From Candidatus Epulonipiscium sp. (GTDB taxonomy: Bacteria; Bacillota; Clostridia; Lachnospirales; JAAYNZ01): a stretch of 64,000 bases of DNA. Location of the stretch: NCBI GenBank assembly GCA_012799415.1, contig JAAZLH010000090.1, positions 17,668-81,667 of the forward strand, written 5' to 3'. Numbering within the stretch: position 1 is the stretch's first letter; each line of letters starts with the position of its first letter. The notes beneath the pieces are model-generated. The model searched no databases, had not been told where the DNA came from, and saw only the letters and a program-made list of their open reading frames with translations. A program made the translations under genes and the position numbers. Below are positions 21,903-32,558 of this stretch, piece after piece.

Positions 21903-22466
21903 TTAACTAATTTGATTATAAAGTAATACATCATTAGCATAATTGCTAAGTTTACCTTCATAAAGTAAATGCAATTCTTTACATTTTCTAAAATCTCTAG
22001 GAGATACTAGCGCAGCTGGCTTATTAAAAATATGAATATCACTATTATAAAGTAAGGTTGCGACAAATTGAGAGCAAAAATAATTATATTCCCTTTCGAT
22101 AGGAATATTAAATACAATTCCTAAAAGTCCTACCAAGTTATATCCATAATATTCCTTTTCTATATTAAAACGCTCTATTTCTTTTTTTAAAGCTTCATAT
22201 TGAACCCAATTTATTTCTAAAGCGTACAATGCACAATTTGTATTTGGGAACCTTGCATAAGTGCCGTTGATAATATCTTCTCTTATAAACCCACCGATAA
22301 AAGGATTATTAGGATTCAATCGTCCAAAACTGTATAAATCCTCAAGAACAATATCTAAGGCAAGAGAAACGTGAGAGTAAGGTTCTTGAGTATATTGTTT
22401 TATACATTTTGAAAGAAGGGAACCACTATGGGTAAGCAAGATATATGCTACATATTTTTTATCCAT
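21903..22466 (-). CDS. Conserved hypothetical protein, permuted papain-like (YSH...YFCSQFV)
   Basis: His before Cys motif order: PYSHVSL and NYFCSQFVA. Confidence 0.6.
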   Translation of the reverse strand: MDKKYVAYILLTHSGSLLSKCIKQYTQEPYSHVSLALDIVLEDLYSFGRLNPNNPFIGGFIREDIINGTYARFPNTNCALYALEINWVQYEALKKEIERFNIEKEYYGYNLVGLLGIVFNIPIEREYNYFCSQFVATLLYNSDIHIFNKPAALVSPRDFRKCKELHLLYEGKLSNYANDVLLYNQIS

Positions 22467-22554
22467 AGCACACCTCTAATTATATAATTTACAAGCCCTC
22501 CTGCGTAATAAAGAAGACTTGCAAATTACATTATCTTTGATTTGGCTACAACTG

Positions 22555-22995
22555 TCAAGAGTTTTTATTTTCCGTAATAACTCCTTTTTTCAAAATAATG
22601 TTTGCATACAATGCTTTTTCACTTGTGGCTATAATTGCATATGCTTTTTTAGCCCTTTCGTAAAATTTGAACCTTTCTATATACTCCGACCCTAATATAC
22701 TTTCATGTGTTCTTAAGATCTCTTGATATTTATTCCATATAGTAGGCTGTGTAGGATCACCAGGCACAACCTGCATTAAAGCCACTGGCCGCTCCACATA
22801 AGTATCTAATGGAAATAAAGATAAAATAGCATCTAGTAATTCTGGAATATTATGTCCATCTGCACGAACTAATCGTTGAGCATGACTAGATGCGGGAAAG
22901 TTACCATCTGCTAAGATAATTTCATCTCCATGACCCATTTCCATCAATATTTTTAGCAATTCAGGGGATAAAATAGTGGGAATTCCTTTTAACAT
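22555..22995 (-). CDS. fucU: L-fucose mutarotase (RbsD/FucU)
   Basis: MGHGDEIILADGNFP, ERFKFYE and YANIILKKG motifs. Confidence 0.92.
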   Translation of the reverse strand: MLKGIPTILSPELLKILMEMGHGDEIILADGNFPASSHAQRLVRADGHNIPELLDAILSLFPLDTYVERPVALMQVVPGDPTQPTIWNKYQEILRTHESILGSEYIERFKFYERAKKAYAIIATSEKALYANIILKKGVITENKNS

Positions 22996-23061
22996 AGTGT
23001 TTCTCCTTCATGTATAATGATAAAACATTTGGAATCTTATTCATTTACCCTATAAACTGAT

Positions 23062-24876
23062 TTATTTTTTACCGTACAAAGGACCAAAGTTGCCACAGGC
23101 ACGATAGTCAGCACCCTGTGGGTCCATAGCCCCGAAAGCACTCCATGCCTTAGGACGGAATAGCCTTTCTTCAGGTACATTATGCATAGCTACTGGGATT
23201 CTTAACATGGAGGCCAGAGTAATGAGTTCACCGCCAATATGCCCATAGCTAATGGCTCCGTGATTTGCACCCCAATAATTCATAACAGAATAAACATTTT
23301 TAAAGGGGACATAGTCTGTAAGATTTGGAACAAACCAGGTGGTAGGCCAAGTAGGGTCTGTTCTTTGATTTAAAATTTCATGGATATCTTCAGGTATATC
23401 AACGGTGTATCCTTCTGCAATTTGTAGAACAGGGCCAAGTCCTTTAATTATATTGATTCTTGTCATAGTCACAGGCATTTCTCCACGGCTTAAGAAACAA
23501 GAGGAATAACCTCCACCTCTAAAATAGCCTAAGTTGGCAGGACGCCAAGAAGTAGCAGCTAGACATTTTTGAGCCTCTTCTTTAGAGATATTCCAATATG
23601 GTTTCATTATTGGATTTCCATTATGATCTGATTGTTGCCCGGTTCCATCTAAAGTTGTAGATCCTGAATTAATCAGGTGGATGATGCCATTTTGGGCTTT
23701 TCCTGTTAGTTCTTTGCCAGTGACCCGCTTTACTGATTCTGGACTCCAATAAGTTCGTACATCTGAAAAAATTTGAGCTGTGCCTGTTAATAGATGCCCA
23801 AACAACATAGAAATACCATTTAAACAATCATTTTCTGTAGCCATAATAAAAGCTTGGCGAATTCCATTCCAATCAAATGAAGAATTTAAGATCGCTTCCA
23901 TAAAATCTCCATTTGGGAAATGATCCGTCCATTGACGTTGGCCTTGAAACCCAGCTGCAATAGCGTTATGGCCTTCTGCTTCTTCAGCAAAACCAAGAGT
24001 TTTTAAGACTGGGTTGCCAATCATTAAATCTCGACAAATCAGGGTCATCTTAACAACAAATTCCCATTCTTGGTCTTTCTCTTCTCTAGAGCGCTGTTGA
24101 GATTCAATGTTATTATCAGGACCTTCTTTGCAATATTGACGAGTCCATTTAAGGGCTTTTTCAAACTCTTCTTGGTCATAAATATTCTCTTCTATCCTCC
24201 GAATAACTTCACTCATATCCACATATTCACACCTCATACCTAGATAACTTTCAAAAAAGTCTGGATTTACTATAGAGCCTGCAATTCCCATGGAGACTCC
24301 ACCAATGGATAAATAAGATTTTCCTTTCATAGAAGCAACAGCTAATCCTGCTTTAGCAAATTGTAAGAGCTTTTCTTGTACATCTTGAGGAATTTGAGAG
24401 TCGTCAGCATCTTGCACGTCTTTTCCGTAAATACTAAATACAGGTAAACCTTTCTGATCATGCCCAGCCACTGCTGCTGCTAAATACACTGCACCTGGCC
24501 TCTCTGTCCCATTAAAGCCCCAAATGGCCTTTGGAATTAAAGGATCCATATCAATAGTTTCGGAACCATAGCACCAACAAGGTGTAACAGTAATAGAGAG
24601 TCCAACACCTTCTCGTGTAAACTTTTCTGCTGTTCGAGCAGCTTCTGCCACCCCCCCAATAGTGGTATCGGCAATAACACATTCTACTACTGATCCATCA
24701 GGGTGTTTCAAATTTGTGCTTAAAAATTCAGCAACTCTTTTTGCCATCCCCATAGTTTGATCTTCTAGAGATTCACGGACTCCTTTTCGCCTTCCATCAA
24801 TTGTAGGGCGTATTCCTATCTTTGGAAGATTTCCATTTAAGCGATTTACTGGTTCGTTGATTTTAAAACTTGACAT
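23062..24876 (-). CDS. fucI: L-fucose isomerase
   Basis: [23 protein letters not shown] and WGANHG motifs. Confidence 0.96.
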   Translation of the reverse strand: MSSFKINEPVNRLNGNLPKIGIRPTIDGRRKGVRESLEDQTMGMAKRVAEFLSTNLKHPDGSVVECVIADTTIGGVAEAARTAEKFTREGVGLSITVTPCWCYGSETIDMDPLIPKAIWGFNGTERPGAVYLAAAVAGHDQKGLPVFSIYGKDVQDADDSQIPQDVQEKLLQFAKAGLAVASMKGKSYLSIGGVSMGIAGSIVNPDFFESYLGMRCEYVDMSEVIRRIEENIYDQEEFEKALKWTRQYCKEGPDNNIESQQRSREEKDQEWEFVVKMTLICRDLMIGNPVLKTLGFAEEAEGHNAIAAGFQGQRQWTDHFPNGDFMEAILNSSFDWNGIRQAFIMATENDCLNGISMLFGHLLTGTAQIFSDVRTYWSPESVKRVTGKELTGKAQNGIIHLINSGSTTLDGTGQQSDHNGNPIMKPYWNISKEEAQKCLAATSWRPANLGYFRGGGYSSCFLSRGEMPVTMTRINIIKGLGPVLQIAEGYTVDIPEDIHEILNQRTDPTWPTTWFVPNLTDYVPFKNVYSVMNYWGANHGAISYGHIGGELITLASMLRIPVAMHNVPEERLFRPKAWSAFGAMDPQGADYRACGNFGPLYGKK

Positions 24877-24909
24877 CTAAACCCCTCCTTTATTATGTAG
24901 AAACAGCAA

Positions 24910-24925
24910 AAGTAAACGATTACTA
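24910..24925. promoter_or_regulatory. Predicted LacI-family operator upstream of fucI
   Basis: AAGTAAACGATTACTA, CG-centred near-palindrome; related copy at 26003. Confidence 0.6.
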
Positions 24926-24947
24926 TCGGGTGAAACAAATGTAAAAG

Positions 24948-25955
24948 CTATATTCTTTTCACTGAACTACCTATTTTTATTTTTGATGAAATGATATGTT
25001 TTTTATATGGAACTGAAGTTGAATTGGAGATTCTGCTCAGCAAAATTTCGCCAGCTTTTTGACCTATCTCTAAAGGATTTTGATGAATAATTGTTAATTT
25101 GGGTTCAATTAATTCAGGCACACGGATATCCCCGAAAGAAACTAAGGAGATATTGTTAGGAATTTGCAAACCAATGGCCTTACAGGCCATCATTACACCT
25201 TCTGTCATGTCATTATTAACTGAAAAAATGGCAGTTGGGAGATCTTTGGATTGGGAGTTGATCATATGAACCATAGAGTCATATGCTTTTTTGCGATTAT
25301 ATGCTCCTTCTAAAATATAAGACTCGTATATAGGAACTTTGTGATCTATACACGCATCATGAAACCCTTGATAGCGCTCTTGTGCAGTACTAATATCCAT
25401 AAGACCATTGATAATACCTATTTTTTGATGTCCTTGCTCAATCAGATGCTGGACAAGCTGATATGCACCATACCTATTATCTTCTACAACTACATCTGCT
25501 TTGACTCCTTCAATTTCACTATCTACCATCACTAATTTTAATCCTTGATGAATAAATTCATTAAGAATAGTGGCTTGATTTTGACGAGTTGCTAAAACCA
25601 CAAATTCTACGCGTTTCTCATAGAATAGTTTTAATAATTTTAGCTCTTTTCTCTCATCTTCATCCGTGCTGGCTAAAAGCATATGGTAGCCTAAATGGCT
25701 GACTACGGACTCTACTCCTCTAGCGATCTCCATAAAATAAGGATTAGATATATCAGGAACAAGCAATCCGATAAGATAGGTTTTTTTCTGCTTTAAACTC
25801 CTTGCAACATCATTAGGGCGGTAATTAAATTCTTTTACGACATTCAAAACTCTTTCGCGTACCTCTTGACTTACGGGATAATTATTATTAAGAACCCGGG
25901 ATACTGTAGCTGTAGAAACGTTTGCCATTTTTGCTATATCTTTGATTGTGATCAT
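24948..25955 (-). CDS. LacI-family transcriptional regulator
   Basis: TIKDIAKMANVSTATVSRVLN HTH plus periplasmic-binding-type domain. Confidence 0.93.
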   Translation of the reverse strand: MITIKDIAKMANVSTATVSRVLNNNYPVSQEVRERVLNVVKEFNYRPNDVARSLKQKKTYLIGLLVPDISNPYFMEIARGVESVVSHLGYHMLLASTDEDERKELKLLKLFYEKRVEFVVLATRQNQATILNEFIHQGLKLVMVDSEIEGVKADVVVEDNRYGAYQLVQHLIEQGHQKIGIINGLMDISTAQERYQGFHDACIDHKVPIYESYILEGAYNRKKAYDSMVHMINSQSKDLPTAIFSVNNDMTEGVMMACKAIGLQIPNNISLVSFGDIRVPELIEPKLTIIHQNPLEIGQKAGEILLSRISNSTSVPYKKHIISSKIKIGSSVKRI

Positions 25956-26002
25956 ACTACTCCTCTGTTTCTTGCAAAAATATTATTTAGACTTAGTAAT
26001 AA

Positions 26003-26018
26003 TAGTAATCGTTTTCTA
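26003..26018. promoter_or_regulatory. Predicted autoregulatory LacI operator
   Basis: TAGTAATCGTTTTCTA, matching palindrome TAGTAATCGATTACTA. Confidence 0.55.
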
Positions 26019-26341
26019 TTATATTATAACTAAATTTTTTAAAAATTTCAATCCATTCTTTTTACAAAAAATATTTTAAAGGTGAATTATCATTTATTAA
26101 AATACTATCGAGTAAAGAGCTGTGCAAATAGTAGGAATCATAATTCTAGTAGCTACCAATTTCATTTACCATAATATAATTATGAAAACTTATGTTGAGA
26201 TTTATATATACTATTCTTTATTTTGTATTTTAGTGAAATGTCCATGGTGATAAAAGCATCTTATTACTATATAGGTATCTTATTGAAAAATAAGAAAATT
26301 TCTCTTCATTATTTAACGGAATCTTAAAAATGAACCAATGA

Positions 26342-26370
26342 ACCAAAGATAATATATAATTATCTTTGGT
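26342..26370. repeat. Perfect 12-bp inverted repeat with 5-bp AT spacer
   Basis: ACCAAAGATAAT-ATATA-ATTATCTTTGGT in a 1-kb intergenic gap. Confidence 0.7.
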
Positions 26371-26974
26371 CCAGTCATTCCTTAGAACCCTTATATATAC
26401 TGGATTTGTAATTTAAATAATAGGAATTTCCCACCATACCACATATAACTGTTCTAGGATATCATATTAAGTTATTTGCCTGTTTAAACTGAAAACATAC
26501 CGTTTAGACATAAATGTATCACTTTAAAATAAAAACACCGTTACGGCTAAATTTGAAAGAGGAATTTTTTCATATAAATAGATAAAATACATATTATAGT
26601 GTTTTTAGTTTTTAAAATTTTATAATCCATTTTAGAGTAGTTTTTCTAATTTGTGGACTATATATGTTTGAAAATCAATCATGCTTACATAATAAATTTA
26701 TGGTTAACTTTTTCTTTGTACATAATGTTGTTTGCCTAGTTTTTAATCATGAATTTTTCATATGAAATTACGCTTCTTACTTAGCTACTGCAAGTTTTCT
26801 ACGGGCTAAATATACTTAGTATTCATAGTTTGACTCTCCGCTTTTCTGGCTATTATTAAATCGTCTATTGGCAGCTAGTTGCTATAGCTTTTTTGCAATT
26901 AAATTCTGCATGTTCAATCTTTTAAAACTATGGTATAATAAATAAAAGATTACCATAATTTTGGAGGTGTTTTT

Positions 26975-27622
26975 ATGTATGTAAAAGATCGCATGAATAG
27001 AAATGTAATCTCTGTTTTTCCTGATGCCTCTATCTCTTTAGCTTTTCAGCTGATGAAAGAACAAGGTTATTCCCATTTACCTGTTGTAAAAAACGGAAAA
27101 TTAGTAGGTATGATTACTGAAAATTTGCTAACAGAAGTTAGCCCTTCAAAGGCAACAACTCTAAGTATGTATGAATTAAACTACTTACTATCTAAAACAA
27201 AAGTGGCTGATATTATGAACGAAGAAGTTATTACTGTTCAGCCTGAAATGATTATTGAAGAAGCGGCTACTCTATTGCGAGATAAGATGGTAGATGCCCT
27301 TCCTGTTATTGATGAACATAGCCAATTGCTAGGCATTCTGACAAGAACAGATATTATTGATGCCTTCATTAAACTAATGGGAATCAATGAGCCAGGAACA
27401 AGAATTGTGTTAGAAGTTAAGGATGAAGCTGGAGCTTTAGCAGAAATTTTAGGAATCATTAAATCATATGGTTTGAGTATTTCTCATATTAGTAGTTTCA
27501 ATCTCAATATGGATGACGAAAATCAAGAAATCATCATGCGCTTAAATACTTTGGAAGTTGATGATCTTTTAAACACATTACAAACAAAAGGATACAAGAT
27601 TCTTTCCGTCCAGAAAAAATAA
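26975..27622 (+). CDS. CBS-pair + ACT domain protein (AcuB-like)
   Basis: Two CBS domains (HLPVV, ALPVID), SPSKATTLS motif, C-terminal ACT domain. Confidence 0.85.
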   Translation: MYVKDRMNRNVISVFPDASISLAFQLMKEQGYSHLPVVKNGKLVGMITENLLTEVSPSKATTLSMYELNYLLSKTKVADIMNEEVITVQPEMIIEEAATLLRDKMVDALPVIDEHSQLLGILTRTDIIDAFIKLMGINEPGTRIVLEVKDEAGALAEILGIIKSYGLSISHISSFNLNMDDENQEIIMRLNTLEVDDLLNTLQTKGYKILSVQKK

Positions 27623-27652
27623 TAAAGAGGCCTGTTAAAGGCCTCTTTATTA
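27621..27652. terminator. Bidirectional terminator
   Basis: AATAAAGAGGCCT...AGGCCTCTTTATT between convergent genes. Confidence 0.75.
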
Positions 27653-28354
27653 TTAACCCAAATATGCTTTTCTTACTTGTTCATTACCTAGGAGTGACTT
27701 TGCTTCTCCTTCTAAAACAACTCTTCCTGTTTCCAATACATATGCGCGATTTGCTATTGATAAAGCCATATGAGCGTTTTGTTCTACTAATAATACTGTA
27801 GTTCCGGCTTTATTTATTTCCTCAATAATATTAAAAATTTCTTTAACTAATATAGGGGCCAATCCCATAGATGGTTCATCTAATAGAAGTAATTGAGGCT
27901 TAGACATTAAAGCGCGTCCCATAGCTAACATTTGCTGCTCTCCACCACTTAAAGTTCCAGCCAATTGCTTTTTCCGTTCTTTTAATCTAGGGAATTTTTC
28001 AAAAACATCTTCAATACCTTTTCCAATTTCTTCTTTGTTTTTACGGGTATAGGCACCTAATTCTAAGTTTTCTAGAACTGTCATTTGTGAAAAAACCCTT
28101 CGTCCTTCTGGAACATGGGCCATACCCATCTTTAATAATTGATGAGGTTCTATCGAAGAAATATTTTGGTCTTTAAAAATGATTTCACCTACTTGGCTTC
28201 TTAGTAAAGCAGAAATAGTGTGAAGAATAGTAGTTTTTCCTGCGCCATTGGCTCCAATCAAAGTGACAATTTCCCCTTGTTTAACTTGAAAAGAAACATC
28301 TTTAATGGCACGAATTGCACCATAATTAACATTAATATTATTAATCGTGAGCAT
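27653..28354 (-). CDS. livF: Branched-chain amino acid ABC transporter ATPase
   Basis: GANGAGKTT, LSGGEQQMLA and DEPSMGLAP motifs. Confidence 0.92.
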   Translation of the reverse strand: MLTINNINVNYGAIRAIKDVSFQVKQGEIVTLIGANGAGKTTILHTISALLRSQVGEIIFKDQNISSIEPHQLLKMGMAHVPEGRRVFSQMTVLENLELGAYTRKNKEEIGKGIEDVFEKFPRLKERKKQLAGTLSGGEQQMLAMGRALMSKPQLLLLDEPSMGLAPILVKEIFNIIEEINKAGTTVLLVEQNAHMALSIANRAYVLETGRVVLEGEAKSLLGNEQVRKAYLG

Positions 28355-28367
28355 TTTAAATCCTCCT

Positions 28368-29126
28368 TTACTCTCCTAAGTAAGCACCAATGACTTTTGC
28401 ATTGTTTTTTATTTCATCTGGCTTACCTGATGCAATAACCATTCCGTAATCTATGACTATAATTCTTTCACAAATTCCCATGACTAAGTTCATATCATGT
28501 TCTATCAATAAAATTGCAATTTTAAACTGATTACGAATAAAATGAATGGTTTCCATTAATTCTTTAGTTTCTTGAGGATTCATGCCTGCAGCAGGCTCAT
28601 CTAACAATAAGAGTTTTGGTTCAGTAGCAAGAGCCCTTGTAATTTCTAATTTTCTTTGCTGACCATAGGGAAGGTTTTTAGCTTTTGTCATAGCCAAGTG
28701 TTCCATTTGAAATAAGGATAATAATTCTTTGGCCTTTTCATCAATAATTTTTTCTTCCTTCCAATAGGAGGGAAGACGTAAAACTCCTGCCAAAGTAGAG
28801 TATTTCATTTGATTATGAAAAGCAATTTTTACATTGTCAATAACAGATAAATCTTTAAAAAGACGAATGTTTTGAAAGGTTCTTGCAATCCCTTTTTGAA
28901 CGATTTGATAGGGATGTTTCCCTACAATAGAATCATTTTCAAAGAAAATCTCTCCCTCTGTAGGAAGGTAGACACCAGTTAATAGATTGAAAACAGTTGT
29001 CTTTCCTGCACCATTGGGCCCTATCAATCCTACAAGTTCATTAGGATTCATTTGCATATAAAAGTTACCAACAGCTCGTAGTCCACCAAAGGTAATGCCT
29101 AGTTCTTTTACTTCTAATAGGCTCAT
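28368..29126 (-). CDS. livG: Branched-chain amino acid ABC transporter ATPase
   Basis: GPNGAGKTT, LPYGQQRKLE and DEPAAGMN motifs. Confidence 0.92.
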   Translation of the reverse strand: MSLLEVKELGITFGGLRAVGNFYMQMNPNELVGLIGPNGAGKTTVFNLLTGVYLPTEGEIFFENDSIVGKHPYQIVQKGIARTFQNIRLFKDLSVIDNVKIAFHNQMKYSTLAGVLRLPSYWKEEKIIDEKAKELLSLFQMEHLAMTKAKNLPYGQQRKLEITRALATEPKLLLLDEPAAGMNPQETKELMETIHFIRNQFKIAILLIEHDMNLVMGICERIIVIDYGMVIASGKPDEIKNNAKVIGAYLGE

Positions 29127-30094
29127 GACTCTTCCTCTCCTTTCTTGTGGATTTTATATTTTCTAAATAGTCTAGATAAAGAAAATTCACGGGTACCCAA
29201 AAATCCTTCAGGTCGAAAAATCATCATAAGAATAAGGGAAAGAGAATAGATAAGCATACGATAATCTGCTAATCCACGCAATGCTTCAGGTAAAATAGTC
29301 AGTACAATAGCTGCTAGGATAGATCCAGTGAAACTGCCCATACCTCCTAACACGACAATAACTAAAATTTCAACTGAATAAATAAACCTAAAGGTACTAG
29401 GCATTAATGTTCGGATGTGATGAGCATAAAGTCCTCCACCGACACCGGCAAAGAAAGCTGCTAAAGTAAATGCAAAGATTTTATAATAGGTAGTAGGAAT
29501 ACCAACTGCTTCTGCTGCAATTTCGTTCTCTCTAATTGATAAAACTGCTCGCCCATGTCGTGAATGAACAAAAGTATATAGCAAAGTAACGACTACGACC
29601 ATAACCCAAAAAACAAGGTGAAAGTTTGTTAACCTAGAGATTCCTGTTAACCCTTTTGCACCTCCAGTAATCTTAAGGTTATTTAAAATAATGCGGATAA
29701 TCTCTCCGAATCCTAAAGTAATGATTGCTAGGTAGTCTCCTTTTAGACGTAATGCAGGAATTCCTATAAGTATTCCAAAGATACCTGCTATAATGCCACC
29801 TATTATTAGTGAAAGAATAAAACCAAGGGTTGTAGAAATATTAAAATAAGTAGTGAAAATAGCAGAAGAGTAAGCTCCTATAGCCATAAAACCTGCATGC
29901 CCTAAAGCCAATTGTCCCAAAAAGCCAGTTGCAAGGTTTAAGCTAGTAGCCAGAATGATATTGATTCCAATTAAAATTAAAAGACCTGTATAATAACTAC
30001 TCAACAAGCCAGTTTGAATAAGTAACAAAAATAATATATATAGAAGAACAATCGCAATGGCATTGGTAATGTATTGAGTTTTTCTTTTCATCAT
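29123..30094 (-). CDS. livM: Branched-chain amino acid ABC permease
   Basis: LGHAGF and RLKGDYLAIITLGFGEI motifs. Confidence 0.9.
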   Translation of the reverse strand: MMKRKTQYITNAIAIVLLYILFLLLIQTGLLSSYYTGLLILIGINIILATSLNLATGFLGQLALGHAGFMAIGAYSSAIFTTYFNISTTLGFILSLIIGGIIAGIFGILIGIPALRLKGDYLAIITLGFGEIIRIILNNLKITGGAKGLTGISRLTNFHLVFWVMVVVVTLLYTFVHSRHGRAVLSIRENEIAAEAVGIPTTYYKIFAFTLAAFFAGVGGGLYAHHIRTLMPSTFRFIYSVEILVIVVLGGMGSFTGSILAAIVLTILPEALRGLADYRMLIYSLSLILMMIFRPEGFLGTREFSLSRLFRKYKIHKKGEEES

Positions 30095-30101
30095 AGTTCA
30101 C

Positions 30102-30977
30102 CTATACTTTCTCACGCACATTTTTACCAAGAATTCCTGTGGGTTTAATTAATAAAACTAAAATTAAGATTCCAAAAACAATAGCATCTGACCATAAGGT
30201 AGAAATATAGCCCTTAGTTAAACTTTCAATAATACCCATTAAGAATCCTCCAAGCATGGCACCTGGCATAATACCAATTCCACCTAAGACTGCCGCAATG
30301 AAAGCTTTTAAGCCTGGCATAATCCCCATATAAGGTTGTATTTGTGGATATGCAATGCTATAAAGTACTCCAGCCACTCCTCCTAAAGCGGAACCAATAG
30401 CAAATGTAATTGAAATCGTAATATTAGCATTTATCCCCATCAACTCTGCTGCGTCTTTATCTTCTGATACTGCACGCATGGCTTTTCCTGTTCTTGTTCT
30501 TTTAATAAATAATTCTAAAAGTATCATAAGACAGATAGCTAAAGCTAATGTAATGATCGTAATCCAAGGAATTTGTAACTTTCCCATTTGAATAGGAGGT
30601 AGATCAATATAATAAGGAAAAGATTTTGCACTGGATCCAAAAATAATAAGGAATAAATTTTCAAGTGCAAAACTTACTCCAATAGCTGTAATTAAAGCAG
30701 AAATCCTGGGCGCATTGCGTAAGGGTTTATATGCAATACGCTCAATAAGGACACCTGAAAGAGCACAAAAAATCATTGTAATAATTAGTACAATCCCTAT
30801 AGGCAATTGAAAAATGGAAAGAGCAACAAAAGCGCTAAAGGCACCTATCATCATAATATCTCCATGAGCAAAATTTATTAATTTAACCACACCATAGACC
30901 ATGGTATAACCCAAAGCAATTAAAGCATATATGCTCCCGACATGCAGTCCGTTGATGAGTTGTTGTATCAAAGTCAT
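30102..30977 (-). CDS. livH: Branched-chain amino acid ABC permease
   Basis: GSIYALIALGYTMVYG..NFAHG; start MTLIQQ placed from RBS AGGAGG. Confidence 0.9.
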   Translation of the reverse strand: MTLIQQLINGLHVGSIYALIALGYTMVYGVVKLINFAHGDIMMIGAFSAFVALSIFQLPIGIVLIITMIFCALSGVLIERIAYKPLRNAPRISALITAIGVSFALENLFLIIFGSSAKSFPYYIDLPPIQMGKLQIPWITIITLALAICLMILLELFIKRTRTGKAMRAVSEDKDAAELMGINANITISITFAIGSALGGVAGVLYSIAYPQIQPYMGIMPGLKAFIAAVLGGIGIMPGAMLGGFLMGIIESLTKGYISTLWSDAIVFGILILVLLIKPTGILGKNVREKV

Positions 30978-31059
30978 ATCCATTCCTCCTGTGATCAATC
31001 TTCTTGGCACTTTATATAAAGAAAGGGAGATATTGTTTCTCCCTTTCTTAGTTATTAAA

Positions 31060-32226
31060 TTATGGTTCAATGGTGGTAAAAGCCTTTTGGACTAACTTAT
31101 CATCAACTTTCTCTATTTTAAGAACTGTAACACTTTTAATAGGGTTACGGTATTCATCAAACTGAATATGTCCTGTGATATAATCACCATTTGTTTCTTT
31201 TAATGCTTTGATAATAGCATTAGAATCCAAGGTACCCGCTTTTTCAATAGCAGATAATATGATTTTTCCAGTGTCATATCCAAGAGCGGCTAAAGCATTT
31301 GGCAATTCACCATAAGTCTCTTTATATTTTTTTACAAAGCGTTGAATCTCAGGATTTGGATCATCGGCAGAATAATGATTAACAAAATAGGCACCATCTA
31401 CTGCATCTGGAAAATCTTTTGCTTGTTCAATTACTCCATCCCATCCGTCTACCCCTAATAAAATTGCATCAATACCAACTTCGTGAACCTGCCTGGTAAT
31501 TAAAGCTACTTTTTCATAATAGTCAGGTATAAATAATACTTCAGGATTTTGATTTTTAACATTTGTTAGGATGGATTTAAAGTCTTGATCATCTTTGGTG
31601 TACCCTTGTTTTGAAAGGATAGTTCCTCCGTTTTCAACAAAATTTTCTTCGAAGGCTTCTGCATTTCCTTCGGAAAAATCACTACCAACATCATATAGTA
31701 TCGCAGCTGTTTTACCTTGAAGATCTGTAGCTGCAAATTTTCCCATCATACCACCTTGAAAAGCATCAATATAACACGCCCTGAAAATATTATCACCTTT
31801 CGTAGTTACATCCCAAGCAGTAGCAGTAGGTGTAACCATAGGAATGTTCTTCTCAGCAGCAAGTTCAGCAATAGCCAAGGTAGTACCACTAATATCAGAT
31901 CCAAGAAATACATCAATTTTTTCACGGTCAACCAGCTTATTAAAAGCATTAGCTGCATCTACTTCGGAGCCTTTATTATCTTCAACAACAAACTGAATTT
32001 TTTTACCAAGAACATTACCTATTTCTTCTTGTTCCTTAAGTGCCAATTCTACGCCATTTCGTGCTGCAATACCATAAACAGCAACATCTCCTGTTAAAGC
32101 AAAACTTGCACCTATTTTAATAACATCACTTTCCTTAGTACTCGCACACCCACTTAGGCTACTCATGATCAATAAACCAATCATGATAATGGAAAACATA
32201 GAAAATCCTTTTTTAGTAGTTTTCAT
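31060..32226 (-). CDS. livK: Branched-chain amino acid ABC substrate-binding lipoprotein
   Basis: Lipobox LSGC; LTGDVAVYG and FRACYID motifs; first gene of the liv operon. Confidence 0.85.
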   Translation of the reverse strand: MKTTKKGFSMFSIIMIGLLIMSSLSGCASTKESDVIKIGASFALTGDVAVYGIAARNGVELALKEQEEIGNVLGKKIQFVVEDNKGSEVDAANAFNKLVDREKIDVFLGSDISGTTLAIAELAAEKNIPMVTPTATAWDVTTKGDNIFRACYIDAFQGGMMGKFAATDLQGKTAAILYDVGSDFSEGNAEAFEENFVENGGTILSKQGYTKDDQDFKSILTNVKNQNPEVLFIPDYYEKVALITRQVHEVGIDAILLGVDGWDGVIEQAKDFPDAVDGAYFVNHYSADDPNPEIQRFVKKYKETYGELPNALAALGYDTGKIILSAIEKAGTLDSNAIIKALKETNGDYITGHIQFDEYRNPIKSVTVLKIEKVDDKLVQKAFTTIEP

Positions 32227-32558
32227 TTCAATACCTCCCCAATTATAAAATTTTGTCTATAGCAAGAAAAAGTAAATACTTATTTCTTTTAACTATATAT
32301 ATGAGATTATATAGTTAAAATCCTTCAATTTCAAGAATAATTTTTTATTTTCGCAAGTATTCATGCTTTAAGTTTATTTTTATTTATAAATGATATGAAA
32401 TGCAAGTTGTTAGAATCTTGATTTTTCAGTTTTTTTCCTCTATACTATAAAGAAAAAACAAGGTCATTTCTATCTCTTTGCATTTACTTCAAAACCCACA
32501 TCTACACACTTAGGCAATAACTAAGCAAGATGTATTAAGACTAGATAATGATAGATAG

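Noticed and set aside
32230-32555. Possible T-box or riboswitch upstream of the liv operon
   Set aside because: No T-box consensus (AAnnnGGGTGGnACC) or terminator seen
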